A DNA stretch of 64,000 nucleotides from NCBI GenBank assembly GCA_023213395.1, contig CM041465.1, positions 234,367,741-234,431,740 on the forward strand. Reading direction: 5' to 3'. This document shows positions 26,543 to 40,800 of the stretch, piece by piece (the first letter of the stretch is position 1; every line of letters starts with the position of its first letter). A program made the position numbers and the translations under genes. The DNA comes from Cycas panzhihuaensis (Eukaryota > Plantae > Cycadophyta). The notes below the pieces were generated by a model. The model saw nothing but the letters and a program-made list of their open reading frames with translations, was not told where the DNA came from and made no database searches.

Positions 26543-29356
26543 TAGTTCCTTGGATTAGGACAAACTACCTATTACATCTATGAGAGATTGAATCAAATAT
26601 GATGGGTATTAAGGATGGACCTTTCAACCAACCTCTAAGAAGAAGTCTTCTTTACTTATGCACTTAATTGAAGTTGAAGGAGTAAAACCTATTTAAACCT
26701 TAATCTAATTTACATATACAAAATAAAGTCAAATCTAAATCTAGTAAAATAAGAGCATACCAAATAAATTAAACAAAAATAAAATCAAGGCCCCTTTACT
26801 TTGGGGAAAGTAAAAATATCCTTCTAACAAGTAGAATATATATTGGAGGTCCTTACCCCAAAATAAACATCCTAAGTTTATCGTACTACTACCCAAGGAG
26901 CCCACTTAAGAAAGATAAACTATCCTATACCTCTACTTCCACCTAAGTGAAAGTAAGCTACATTGTATTAACTACCATAGATGGACTAAATAATGGCAAG
27001 CCAAATCTACATATAAATATGGTATGTAATTTCAATTTTAATGAAGATAATAATGACCAAACATACATTCAATCAAACACATATATCATGCAAAAGTGAA
27101 TGCAATTCCTTCCCTTTTTTTATGTATTTTTTATTAAAAAAAAAAAAACATGCAAGTAACAAAGTAGACTAAGATCTTCTATTACACTTATATCTATTGT
27201 AATTTCTACTCTTTTATTTCCTTTTTTTAATCTTTTGAATTTACTCAATAGCAAATGAAAAAATGAAAAGAGGAAAGCAATCATAAAAACACAAGCTCTT
27301 GATTCTAAACCTAATTAATAAGTCTCTAACTTTTTCTCTTTTTTTTTGTATAGATGAATAAGAGAGGAGATTCAAACAACAAACCAACCAATCAATGAAA
27401 GAAACAAAGTATTCACTATTTTTTCTCCCTTCTCTTTCCTTTTTGTTTGTTAGCTTATGAAAGTTTAAAGGTTAGAGAAAAGGATTACAAGTACTAGAAA
27501 GAAAGATGAATACCTTATAGTAAGGATGAAGAGTAATGGTTTTACTTTCTTTAATTCTTTCTTACTTTGGAATGTTGCTCATTAATAAAAGGAATGACTG
27601 TGTGGATTTGTAATTATTACTTAAAAGAAAGGATTTTCAAATAACACTTTATAGGCTTATGAAAATTCTAGCAATGATTGTGTTGCATATGAAGAACCTT
27701 AATTGAAGAAACAAAGTAGCTTGGGCCACTCATGACTTATGGAAGAGAGTTGGAGTATTCCTTTTGTTTAAAAGATCCACTCCTCCATATCATTCACCTC
27801 CTCAAAAGATTTTGGCTTGATTTATTTTAACCCATTTTGATGCAACCAAAATTATTGAGAGTTATAAATTACAATATGTAGGATATGTATGAGAATGGTT
27901 GCATAATGAATGACTACAATAAAGAATTAAAATTGGTTCAATTCTTGAAGGTATCCTCCTTATGATTTTAGCAATATGATAAAGGAATAGTAATCTAAAT
28001 TGGTTTGATTTCAAGCCAAATTACTAAAATAAACTAGAAAGAATAAGTAAACTATGCTAAAAATGAAAGAAAAATGACAATGAAAAATCTTTTCAACTCT
28101 TCCTTTAGATGAATTCAAAACAAACTAATTTTAATTTCTAAAAAAAATAATTAAACTACAAAAGAGTTACCTCTAATATGAGAAAAAAGCTTAGTGTTAT
28201 GTGCCTCATATTGATGCTTTACTTTTGTCAAATAAGTTGCCATCAAGCTCTGAGTATCATAAGAATGATGCGTTTAATAGAAAAGGATGTTGTAGGAGAG
28301 AGATATAAATAAGAACCTAGCTAGAACTTTAAAAAGGTGACCCTAATAGGTGAGTGGGAAGATGAGTATGAGAACTAGACAGCAACTAAAGTGAAAGTAG
28401 GCTTCTAATTCCTTTAGCAAAATCAATAATTTTTTAGGAAGATGATCTTCAATCTACCTCTAAGTAGCAATAAAAACACTAGTAACGATTAGCAAAAATT
28501 AGGGAACATTTCATTACATCAAGCATTTCTCCTTTTTTTATGAAAATATATAAGAATTTATAGAAAATCAAAAGGGAAGGAATGAGAAGGAAAATTGTGG
28601 TTTTAGACCATTGTTTTAGTGATTTTCAACAACTAAATCTTAAAATAAAGGAAGGTAAGACAATTACAAGTCAATTAGGGTAGGTGGGACAATGCTAAAT
28701 TTTAAGATTAGGATGGTATGATAACAAAAATCATGAAAATTTAGCATTTTATATCAAAAATTATGGGTATGATAGTAAAAAAATATGACTTTTAACTAAA
28801 AATGTGATCATTCATGTTTTATTTATAAAGTTATATTTTTGGTTTTGCCAAAAATTTGACAAGCTAGAAAAGCCCGAAAAATAGAAATAAGAGGTAATTC
28901 TAATAAAAAATGAGTTACTAGAGGCTCTAAAATTAATAAAAACTTCTATGAGAGGAAAATCACTTTGGGTTGATGCCAAAAATCAATAAAAACATTGAAT
29001 CATACTAAGTAAGAAGCTAACCAAAGAAGGGAAACTTAGAGTAACTTAGAAGCCATGTTGAATAGGAGTTTTAAAATGCAGCATAGTATCAGTCATTAGT
29101 AGATCAAATCATCATCATCATACACAAACAATAAACCAATTAGTATTCTACATTTTAAAATCAAATGATAAGTAATTGAGCATATCTAAATAAGAGACTA
29201 GACCATGAAATGATAAACCAAAAGTAATCTATTAACTAATCATGCTAACTAAATGATATCTATTACACAAGTGGAAGTTATAACTATCGAGTGACTTAAG
29301 AAAACATGCCTAGATATAAACCTAACCATGCCAAAAGGGATAATTATGGTGAAAAA
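26543..29356 (-). repeat. 3' LTR of family A element (~2.8 kb)
   Basis: Collinear with 59643-62476, with PPT and TSD at the expected ends. Confidence 0.87.
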
Positions 29357-29726
29357 TTTACCCCCTTATCACTAGAGGCTCTTTATAATGATATAGAGTA
29401 AGATGATTAATGGTGGAAACCTAACTTTTAGGACTTAAATAGGGTCTAGATTTAGATAGCTTGAGCTTGTTTCTTATGATCAAACATAGGCTTGATTGGA
29501 TGAGAAATGTGTATGGTGTGAAGGTAACAAAAGTTATTCCATTAGAATAAGATAAGGGTGACTTGAGAGCCTTTTATGAAGTCACGTTCAAACTTAATTG
29601 AGCTATTAGATTACCCATCCTATTGATGGGGCTTTAAGAAGAGGGGTGGATATCATGTTTTGGCCTCTTAGCACCTCTTTTCGAAGGTGTGGCTACCATA
29701 GCTTATCCTCATTAGTAGTGCTTCAA

Positions 29727-30028
29727 AGGGAGTGATCGCCATAGTTTTACCTTGTTAGTAACCATCCTATATTTTTAGAGTGAGTGAGACCATGGGGTTT
29801 TAGAGGGAGTGGTCACCATAATTTTACCTCATTAGTGACCATCCCATATCTCTAGAGTGAGTGAGATTATGGTAGGGAGTAATCACCATAGTTTTACTTC
29901 ATTAGTGACCATCCCATATCTCTAGAGTGAGTAAGACCATGGAGTTTTAAAGGGAGTGGTCACCATAGTTTTATCTTATTAGTGACCATCTCATATCTCT
30001 AGTGTGAGTCAGACCATGGGGTTTTAAA
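29727..30028. repeat. Tandem repeat of 4 units of ~77 bp (one 70 bp) in the 3' region of element A
   Basis: Units start AGGGAGT at 29727, 29804, 29874 and 29951; each contains CCATAGTTTTACCTCATTAGTGACC or a close variant. Confidence 0.93.
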
Positions 30029-32996
30029 TGGTTTACATCCATCATAAATATGTCATGGGGACTACCATAGTTTAGGCTCTTTACCAGGTGGATTTTTAGA
30101 TCTGTACTTCACCATCATTACAAAGTATTTGATTAGTTTATACTCATTACTAAGTATATAGTTAGTTTATACTCATTACAAAGTGTTACCCCATCTTGAA
30201 AAGCTAAAGTTATAAGTGATGATGTTCCAATATATAAGAAAGTAGAGAGTTAACTTCAATATTTTGACTATATAAGATATGTTAAATGGTGAATGATGAG
30301 AAGTAAGACAATAATGGTAAATCTTGAACATAAAAGGAGTGTGATTGAGGAGAATGAACATGCTAGATGCTAATAAGTTGGAGGACTATAATTTGGGAAT
30401 TAGAAAAAAGATCAATAGGACCATTATGAAATTGTAAGATATATGTTAGGGCTTTTATGACCATAATATCTCATCTTCATTGTTAGTTGATTGAGGTAGG
30501 AACATGCTAGCAAAGTTTAAGACATTTCCTAATTGGTCATGAAGTACCCATGCAATGGAAAACAATCACGAATTACCTCGACTGATCCCATTGGTATGTA
30601 TGCTTAATGCCATGATAAGAGAGGATTAAACTCATACATAAAATGATAGATGTGGGGATGTTGTTGAAATTAACCTATGAGGAAGTGGTTCTTCATACAA
30701 GAGACTTTGTTTTGACTATAAAATGAGAAGGAAATAGGGTCATGGTTAGGTTTTCTCATCATGAGAGTATCACCCTAATCGCACACAAAAGGAAAAGGCT
30801 ACAAACTATTGAATAGGTTTTGATCACAATTTAGACCATGGTTGGCCCAAATATTTAGATTTAATGTTCTTAAATGACACACCCTATTTAACTTGAACTA
30901 TACTAATGCAAGTGGAGATAAAGATGTCATGTGACTTGCTTTGGATAATAAGAGGGTATAGAGTATAAAAGAACTACTTTCTTACTTGAGTTTTTCTCTT
31001 TTAGTTTCTTTTTCTTTTTCTTTTTTTTTTTTGACTCTGCTACTATCTAAATAATTCTATACAATATATTAGACATAGGTCATGGTGAACCAAGTATAAT
31101 TGGACCCACTTTTTGGAATATAATTATTCATTTCTTTAATTATAATTGTCATATAATTTTCACTAAAATACAATGAAGAGAGAGAATGAACAATCTTGGA
31201 TGATTGGTGATTGACCTAATCATAAAAAATCAAAATGTCTTAAACTATAATAGGAATGACCTTCTTAATGGAACCAAGAAGATGAGAGAATGAATCCAAA
31301 TCCTTAAAGATTGAACCATGGGAGCTAATAGAATATCTAAACTAAAGTATCTCTAAGTATAAAGAGATGGTAGTAGAATGAGTAATAAACTTTAGAAGAA
31401 ATAATAAAAAAGATGCTAGGAACTATAATGAAAAGGTAAAGTAAGCAAATGTGAAGAGTCTATAAATCTACCAAGCACACTTGTAAGATCATGAGAGAAA
31501 AAAGTAAGCCAAGATCCAAAATTATAGGTGAAAGTCTAAAATAGAATAGAGTATCGCATGTGATGGAAGACGTTAACTATCTAGGCTTATACTTAACTAC
31601 TTCATTAATAATCTAGGCTGGGGACCAGAGGGAAGAGTGATAGTACTTTAGTCAAAGCAAGTGAAATGAATATTTATGCTTAGCAAATAATTCTTATTTC
31701 TGATAGTGAGATAGTAGCCTTATATGATTGCTAGAAATGATTCACATACAAGGAAGCATCAAGCTTATTTAGGAGTTAAGATGAAGAAGGAGAAGAGCTT
31801 TATCTATATTAAAGAAATGCTTAAAAAGATAGAGAAAGAAGGACTAACCATAGTTTATGCTCATTAGATGGTGTGGATTTTGAAGCCATAGTTTTATCCT
31901 TATTACGAAGGGGAGAGATCCATCACTAGCAATGGATATAAGTACCATAGTTTGGACTCTTTAATAGATATATTTCTAGAGTTGTAGTTTATACTCATTA
32001 TATAATTATATCCATTGTTACACCAATGAGTATGGCATTCCCTTCCTCAAAGTAATGAGGGATGGGACTTACAAAAGGAAAAGGATTATGCGAAGGTTAA
32101 TCTAAGTTATCTAAAGGTGAATCAAGATGTAAGTACTTGCCAAAACCAAGCCTATAATGATTGAGAGAGAGATTAGGTAAGGCTCTATATAAGTGTTCTA
32201 GAATTGTTTCATCATTCTCAAAATGATTGAGATGAAGGAGACCTCTAAAGATAGAGCCTTGAGGTTGATGGTGGGAATGATGAGGTAAATATGAAGAAAT
32301 TATACTTATAGTAAGGATATGATCCTAACTAGGGAAGATATCTATTATCATATGAATATAAGAAAGTGGATAAAGTTGGTTAGGAAATTCCCAATTTAAT
32401 CATATAATCTAATGAAAACTAGACTTATCATCTATAAAATGATTTATAGGAGGTGATACATAAATGAGATATAGCATAATATCCTATTGAATAGTCTCCT
32501 TAATGGGGAGAGAGGTTGTAGTAATTATCCTAACCTCTCAAATCTCTCTTTTACATGTTAGACTTGGCTTACGTGAGTTATTAAAAGGGGATAGTTCACC
32601 TTCTGAAGGAAAGGTTAAAATAAAGCTAAAAAAAGGGTGAGTAAAGTAATACATAACCCAACCATAGCAAATGTAATAAATAAACTAAGAAATTACCTTA
32701 CCAATGGGTATGAGGGAGGAACACCTCATTCCAAATAATGAAAGTTAAGTAAATAACCCTAATTCTTTGAATGAAGGATGCTCTAATATAATCAGGCAAG
32801 TAATCTCTAAGCTAGGATGAAATGCAATTGTGTAGGTCAAGACTAACTCCCAATTCTAATAGAATCATGATAGTATAATAATAGTACCATCATATAAACT
32901 CTTAATCTCCCCTTCCAATAGATAAATGTGAGTTTAAATAGATGAGGATGAGGGTGGGATGGCAAGTTTCTAACCCATAATATGGGTGAAAATAAT

Positions 32997-35900
32997 TGTT
33001 AATGTGTTAGTTGTTTGTTAATCTGCTAGTTAATATTAATGTGGTTTAACTAATCGTGATTATTAAAATGGTGTGAGATATTCGTAGGGTCACAACCCTT
33101 TTTGGGTGACACCTCTTTTATGTGGGTTTTTTCCTAAAAGGGTTTCCCATGTAAGTTCTATATACTATGCATCTATATTCTGTGTACATCTTTATTTGCT
33201 TATTATATATAGTTAAAATTTCTATAGATAGGAATATATATATATGAATTCATGTTCTCTAGCATAGTATCAAAACTATATAATCCTACAAAGTTGAAGC
33301 CAAAAGTTAGGCAGAGTGGTAAGATCATTGGTTATTAGGTGATGTCATCAAACCCAAGACATGTCTTAAGGATCTATAAACTCTAACAATATGTAAACAT
33401 AGGTATAGTTATTAGTGGTTTCTAAGGTAGTGACAATCATCAATCAATAAATATTAAGGGTCTATTGGAGTCAAAATTTAGGCATGAAGACCACGTTCAT
33501 GGTATAAGTTAGCTTATTAGGGGTCATCCAAAGCTGGTTGATAATTTGTTGCAATGATTAAGGCCACCAGAGCATGTTCTAATGGTGATTTAGAAGTGGT
33601 GATAAAAACCACATATATATACATATAATTCAGTTATTTTCTTAATAAAGCACCATAAATTTAAGTAAAATAATTTTTTTATTATTATCAAACATAGATT
33701 TCTCACCTGAGGATGTGATTAGAGCCCTGATGATAGAGCTGCTCAATTTATGTGTAGAAGATGAGACCAATAACAATTCCTACCCAAATAAAATTACTGA
33801 CTTAAGAAATAAGTTAAAAGAATTAAAGTCAAATTTGATTAATAATATGATATTATTTACAATAATCATGTTAAAGTTACTAGCTACTTTTTCCATTTTT
33901 TAGACCATTTATAGTAGAGATGAGATGATGGAAGTAGAAATCTTTGATGGTATTACAATCCTTATTCTAGAAGAGAATGCTAAGCTAAAACACCATATAA
34001 TGCTTGGAGGTTTCAAATCAAGTTAGCCCTTAGCCAAGAAGACATAAAGTAAAGAGGTCATTTAGGAGTAGAAGTTCACATAGAGGTCTAGGGAAAGTTC
34101 ACATGAGAAGAAGAAATTTAATGGTAAATGTAACTACTATAAAAATAATGGTCATAAGGAAAAGAATAGTCAGTTCAAGAGACATGACAAATGCAAAATA
34201 AGCTAAGATGACAAAGGGAAGATCATTGCTATAGATTACATCAAAATGACAACCTTATCAGCCAAGTCAAATCAGAGAGATTACTAGATTTTAGATTCTA
34301 GAGTGTAAAAGCATCTCTCTTACTAGAAGCATAACCTTGATACAGTTAATAAAACTCATAATTATACAAAAATTGTATATTACTAGTGGAAGGTATAGAC
34401 AAAGTTTCTTTAGCAAGTGGTAAGTTTATAAGCATATATTATGTACCTAAGATACAATTGAATTTACTTTCAGACTAAGAGATCTACAAATAAGGAATGA
34501 ATGTAAAGTTGTATTATGATAGATGCCTAATTAAGAGTCTAAAGTATAATTTCTGTATCACTACTACTGGGAAGGTCTGAGATAACTTTTGGGCATTTGA
34601 AAAGTTTTAATCTTAGAAGAAGTCTTATGCCTTTATTGCCAGTGTGGATCATGTGAACAAACTATGGGATGATCACCTAGGATATCTTAATTATAGGAGC
34701 ATTGCACTATTAAAACGGTTGAAGATAGTGGAAGGATTACCATCTATTTCATTCTCAGATAGTATTTGTGAAGGGTGAATGTATGGAAGGCATCTTCACT
34801 ATCCTTTTTCTTGAGACAATAGCTAAAGAGCCAAGGAGAATCTAGAGCTTATACATATGGATATAATGGGTCTTCTCCCAAACCACTCAATATCAAGAAC
34901 TCATTACATCTTAGTATTTATGGATGATTATAACATGAAATCTTGGGTATACTTTGTAACGAAAAATTTAAAGGTATTTGATTACTTTTGTGACTAGAAA
35001 GTGATGATTAAAAATGAAATTGGTAAGATAATTAAGACATTATAAAGTGATAATAACAAGGAATATGACAATCATGCATTTAATCAATTCTTCTAAGATC
35101 ATAGTATAAAATAAAAATTTATAGTGATGTATACCTCATAACAAAATGGAGTTACTAAAAGAAAAACCTATACCATGATGGAAATGGCAAGGTGTATGGT
35201 GCACTCTAAAAACTTACCACTTATGTTTTAGGTAAAGGTTATGACAACTATTATTTATATTTTGAACTAAGTACCCACTCAAGTAGTTCGTAGCATGACA
35301 TTTAAAGAAAAATGGACTAGTTAGAAACCTATCATTAACCATTCAAAAACTTTTAGGTGCATTGGATATACATACATCCTAGATAACACTTATAAGAAGT
35401 TAGATAAAAAAAGTCTAAAGTGTATCTTTGTGGGGTATAATGATCAAAATAAAGCCTATAGACTATGGGATCTATGGGGAAGAAAGATTATGATTAGTCA
35501 AGATATAAAATTTGATGATTCATCAATATATCATGCTAAAAAATCATGAAAAGAGACATTTTACCCCTCATTACTTCCATTCCTAGATTTGTCAAGCAAA
35601 GAGGACAATGAGCTAATCATTAGAATATATGAGGAAGTTGGGCCAAGTGGATCAAGTAATAGTGAGGAGCTACTACATAAAGAAGTACCTCTAGTAATGG
35701 ATCCTTTTATATGACTATAGGAAAGAAAGATGATTGAAGATTATAGAGTGGTGATGCATACCCTTACTAATGAGAGAAGAACAAAAAATCAATATGCTAA
35801 TCAAATTTTGCTAGTATATACCAATAAATCTAGTGATCCTAATTCATATGATGAAGATAAAGGTGATTCATGGTGGAGAGTTATGATAGAGGAAGAGTAT

Positions 35901-37814
35901 AGTTTACTTATAATGAATGACATATGGGATTTGGTTCCACTCCCTTTAATGAAGAACCTTATTGGATGTAAGTGGGTTTATAAGACTAAGTTCTACTCTA
36001 ATAGAAAGGTGGAAAAGTACAAGGCTAGCCTTATAACTCAATGGTTCAAACAAAAAGAAGGAATTGATTATAATGAGACATTTACACTAGTCTCTAAGAT
36101 AATAATAGTTTAGTTGATCACTTTCTTAGCAGTTTCTCATGGTTAGGAGTTATACCAAATGGATATCAAGTTTGCATTTATTAATAGAGATCTAAAGGAG
36201 GAGATATACATGTCATAACCTTTGGGATTCATTAAGGAAGGCTCATAACATCTTGTATATTGGTTGAATAAATCACTCTATGGCCTACAAAAGCACCCTG
36301 TGTTTGGTATGAGAAGATGGATGCTAAGTTGAAAGCTAAAGGATTTGTAGTTTTTGATCTTGAGCTGAATTTGTATATGAAAATAAGAAGGACCTTAATA
36401 GTCATTATTGTGGTATATATAGATGATTTAATTATTAGAGGCAATTATAATAAGACTATTGTAGAAGTCAAGTCTAATTTAAGAGATTCCTTTCATATGA
36501 CAAACCTTAGGAGACTTCACTACTTCTTAGATATTCAAATTAGGCAGATACAAGATCAAATTATGTTGTTGTAGTCACAGTTTATTAAGAACCTACTAGA
36601 TAAAGTTGGGATGCAGAATTGTAAACTAGTTGTAACACCATATGTTAAGGATGTAAGATTACAAAAGGATATGGCCAAACCCTCTGTATATGGAATGAAG
36701 TACTACTAGTTGGTAGGAAGTCTAATCCACTTAACTCATACTAGACTAGATATTACCTATATTATTCGATTGGTTTCCTGATACATGCAAAAACTTTAAG
36801 AGACATATTAGGTTACCACAAAGTAGATTCTAAAGTATCTAAATAGGATAATCAATCTTAGTTTCAAATACTATCGAGGTGAGGAGATAAAGTTGCATGG
36901 TTACATTGATGCTAAGTGGGGAAGAGGCTCTGATCATTAGAAATCCATTACTAGATACATATTTGGTGTTAATAATGGATTTATTTTATGGTAGTTGGAG
37001 AAGTAATAAATGATGGCACTATCTTCTATAGAGGCATAATATCAAGGACTAAATACTAGTGTGAAGGAAGCTATATGGTTGCAAGGTCTCTTAGAAGTTA
37101 TTAGAGTTTCAAATTGACATCTAATTATTTTTGTTGATAATCAGAGTACCATTTATCTATTAAAGAATCTAGAGTTTCATGCACCTATAAAGCACATCAA
37201 AATTTAACACCACTACATCTATGAATATATCAAGTCAGGAAAGCTATAGGTTGACTATTATCTAAGTAAATATTAGCTTGTAGATGCCTTCACCAAAGTG
37301 CTTACTAAAGATCAATTCATAAAGATGCATACCAAATTAAGATTCATAGATGTTATATTTAAGATAGGATATATCCACAAGGATAAAGAAATAGTAGGAT
37401 AGTCCTAACCTTTATGATAATATAACTACAGGTTGTAGGTTCCCCACATTCACATTAAAGGAGAATGTTAATGTGGTAGTTGTTTGTTAGGCTACTAGTT
37501 AATGTTAATATGGTTTATCTAATTATAATTATTGAAATGGTGTGAGATATTTAGATAGTTATAAACCTTGTCAGGTGACACCTCTTGGAAGGATATTTAT
37601 ATCTTAGAGCCCTTATATATCAATCAATTTAAGTAAGTGTAATCAATGTGATTCAAAGGATCTTTTATAGTGGCTTTTCTCTTGAAAGGGTTTCCCACGT
37701 AAATCCTATATACTGTGTATCTATATTCTGTGTATATCTTTATTTGCTTACTAAGTATGATTAAAGATTTTGTGGATACGAATATATATATGTATGAGTT
37801 CATGTTCCTTAACA
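32997..37814 (+). mobile_element. Ty1/Copia LTR retrotransposon, degenerate
   Basis: LTRs 32997-33264 and 37466-37814; TSD ATAAT/ATAAG; decayed iMet PBS TAGTATCAAAAC (33265); PPT AAAGGAGAA; gag, zinc knuckle (~34130), PR (ILDS, ~34290), GAG-pre-integrase (LWDDHLGYLN), IN, RT (IGCKWVYKTK; VYIDDLII) and RH in Copia order. Confidence 0.93.
33700..37360 (+). pseudogene. Copia gag-pol pseudogene
   Basis: ORFs 33715-33903, 35730-36113 and 36317-36574 plus motifs between them; many stops. Confidence 0.9.
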
Positions 37815-40800
37815 ATAAGGGACCTAAATCCATAGGTATTATCCATGGATTTATCCTAAGGCCATATGAGAGCAAGGATTTTTATATGACAAGGCCCCTT
37901 GGGCTAAGGAAAACTAACATGAAAGGATCTATGACTAATAAATGCCATTCCAAGACTACATAGGTGTAATAAATGCATTATTTATTACCCTTGGGACCTT
38001 TTTTGGGTAAGTGATAGTCATATTATAAAGTTTTTTGTGGTATCATAAATGATATCATGGTACTATAAAGAACTTCCTAGTACCACTTTCCTTTAATAAA
38101 AATAATAATTTGCTAGCCATAAATCAAAGTAAATAAGCATCAATTAATGTGGTATGTAGAAATAGTCATGAGATGGACCAGAAAGAAATAAAATAATGAA
38201 AAATTAGGTAAAAACAAAGGTATATTGAGGGGAATGATGAAAAGATAAGATAAACGACAAGGTAAATAGGCCAACAAGACTTTCCAAGAGTACTAAACAA
38301 CCATTCCTAGCTTGATAAGCCAAATGGGTGGACACAACAGCCATCAACCAAGGCCAAACTCTCATCAGTTAAAGAAGAAACATAGATCACCAAGCCAATA
38401 AGTAGGTAAATAAAATCACAATATCTATAATCTAATGATATAACATGATAAACAATAAATAAAATAGAAATATGGATATATTCCTTTACTTGCCTATCAT
38501 CATGATGTCCATGTCATTCCTGCCTTATGGAAAATACTACCCCCTTAGCATCAAAACCTCTTCGACCTATGGTTAGAAGATAATGAATGTTATCAACACA
38601 AATTAGGTTAGTCTAATATTATGCTTATATATATGTAAAGAGGGGCTATCCTTGTTATAGTTTTATCTTATTATTAAGTAATCAAATGATGTTTCCGTTA
38701 GTTTAGCTTTGTTGGCAAGTTGTGTTAGAGGTGTACTAGCTAGGAAGGATGATGGGTTAGTGACCAAATCATACTAGGTAGGCCAATGGCCATAATAGAC
38801 CTAGACAAGAATAAATGAGGCCATCATAGTCTATCCTCATTAGTAGTTATCTTTTAGAGTGATCTCAAATGGTTGGGGGACTTCTCCAACAACAGAAAAG
38901 GTGGGCATAATAGCCAAGAGTTGGGTTCAGAATCCATAAACCTTGAATAAATAGGGTGGTACCTTGAATGTCTAAGGGGCGGACTCAAAAGTCAAAGTGT
39001 GACACCATAGTTTAACCTTATTAGCAGCCATATTTTAGAGGAGGAGTTGTTTAAGCTCATCTCACGGAAAAATTTTTAGTTTTTTTAACTCTATATATAT
39101 AGTTTTTGTATTTTTATTCTTTTATATTATTTTTGGGATTTCTAGTTATTGTATGGTTTTTTTTATATTTTTTATGATTTTATAATTTTTTAGAATTTTA
39201 ATAGTTTTATATTGGTTTTATGATTTTGGGGTAATTTTATGAGAAAAGAAAATAGATAAACTAGAAATAAAGATGATAAAAGTTAGATGAAGATGAGGTC
39301 ATAGGTGCTAAAAGGGAAATACTCCTTAAGCAAGCCATAACCTAGTCAAAATCTATACAAATACATACAAATATACATAGTAGTTTACCCTTGTTTCAGA
39401 GTATGAATACTAGTTTAGGATCCTTTTGGACCATAGGGAAAGCTAATAACTTAGCTTATCTTTTAAGATAGATTATGGATGACTGGGTTTATTACCATAA
39501 TTTAACCTCTTTAGTGAATGCCCCTCTAAGGTGGCAATATAAAGGCTTGTCTCTTAAGTAATTATTCTAATGAATGGCCCATTAGGATAAAAGGGAATCG
39601 CCTACCTATGGTAAATTATTCTTGAGAGTAAAAGCAACTAATTAATCTATCTCAATGTTTTACCCTCATGGGATATGGTGAATAATAACTATAAAAATTT
39701 GGGATAAGAGAGATCTAGCTTATCTAGCAAGGGCTTATAACTATAGGCAATGGACCTGGTAGACCTATGTGATTTAGGACACAACTAGTTAGGAGTTATA
39801 ATATAACATAGTATGGCTAGAGTGGACACACAGAGATTCAGTTAAGGCTTCTATAATGGTAGTGTATTTAGTTATGTTATTGGTTGTTATAAGCAAATAG
39901 ACTCCAAAGTAAATAAGGAGGTGTCCTAAATGATCTTGAATAGTCCAAGCTATAGCATAAGGGCTAAGATTTCCATGGCTACCCCATTAGTGTGAAGTAT
40001 CAATGCCTTAGGGGTATACAAAAGCAAACTTAGAGTGAACTTACTAAATAAGGAGAAGTAGCTAGAATTAACCAATGTCCCAAGGACTTAGGTTGGTGTG
40101 TAAGCTCTAACTAAAATGATGAGTGGTACTCAAATCTCATAAGTTATTTTACATTAATGTTAGATTATTTCCATAGTCCACAATAGGCTTTAATTATGTC
40201 AAATAGGTTCCGATCATGTTTGAGACCATAGTGGGCCCAAATAACTAGATCCAAAGGTCCTAAAATAACCAACATGACTTAATCCAAACTAGATATTATA
40301 GGTGGGAACAAGATTGACACATAACCTGTTCCAGATGCTAAGAAAGTGGTAGTAAATATGTTCCACTAATGAAAGGAAAGCAATAAATTTTTTTAGTTAT
40401 TTTAATGGTTTTATGATTTTTTATGGATTTTTTAAATAATATTCATAAATGATGGTTTATACTCATAACATACTATGTTTATTTTATACTCATAGAGGAG
40501 CATAGTGCCCCTTTGGGGAAAAATCTTGCTAGTGGCAAGAGTAGAATAGGGGGTAATAAGCATGATATAGTGACATACCCCTAGTGAGGGCAACACACAA
40601 TACATAACAAATGTAGTTTAGACTCATTTTAGAACAAGTGCTAGTTTGTATTTGGCAATAGTTATATTACCCCCAAGTATATAGAGAAGGGGGGACTATA
40701 ACTTATATCCTAATTCAAAGACTCAAAGGGTATTGGTTCTTGTTTAAGCTCATGGGGGAATTTAGTTAGTTTAGACTCATTATAGAGTGGAATGCCTCTA

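Larger units (their letters stand above)
32610..38536 (-). repeat. Truncated 3' LTR of element B, interrupted by Copia 32997-37814
   Basis: 32610-32940 matches 54833-55160 and 37875-38536 matches 55160-55802 (roughly 80% by eye). Confidence 0.8.

Noticed and set aside
29780-29870. Canonical hammerhead ribozyme (minus strand CCATGGTC...CTAATGA GGTA AAACTATGG)
   Set aside because: A stem III-like pairing and a CUGAYGA-like core are present, but stem II and G12 are absent and stem I does not form next to the GUC. Kept only as an unexplained motif.
29727-30028. CRISPR-like repeat/spacer array
   Set aside because: Whole units are repeated with no unique spacers, there are no cas genes, and the context is a plant retroelement.
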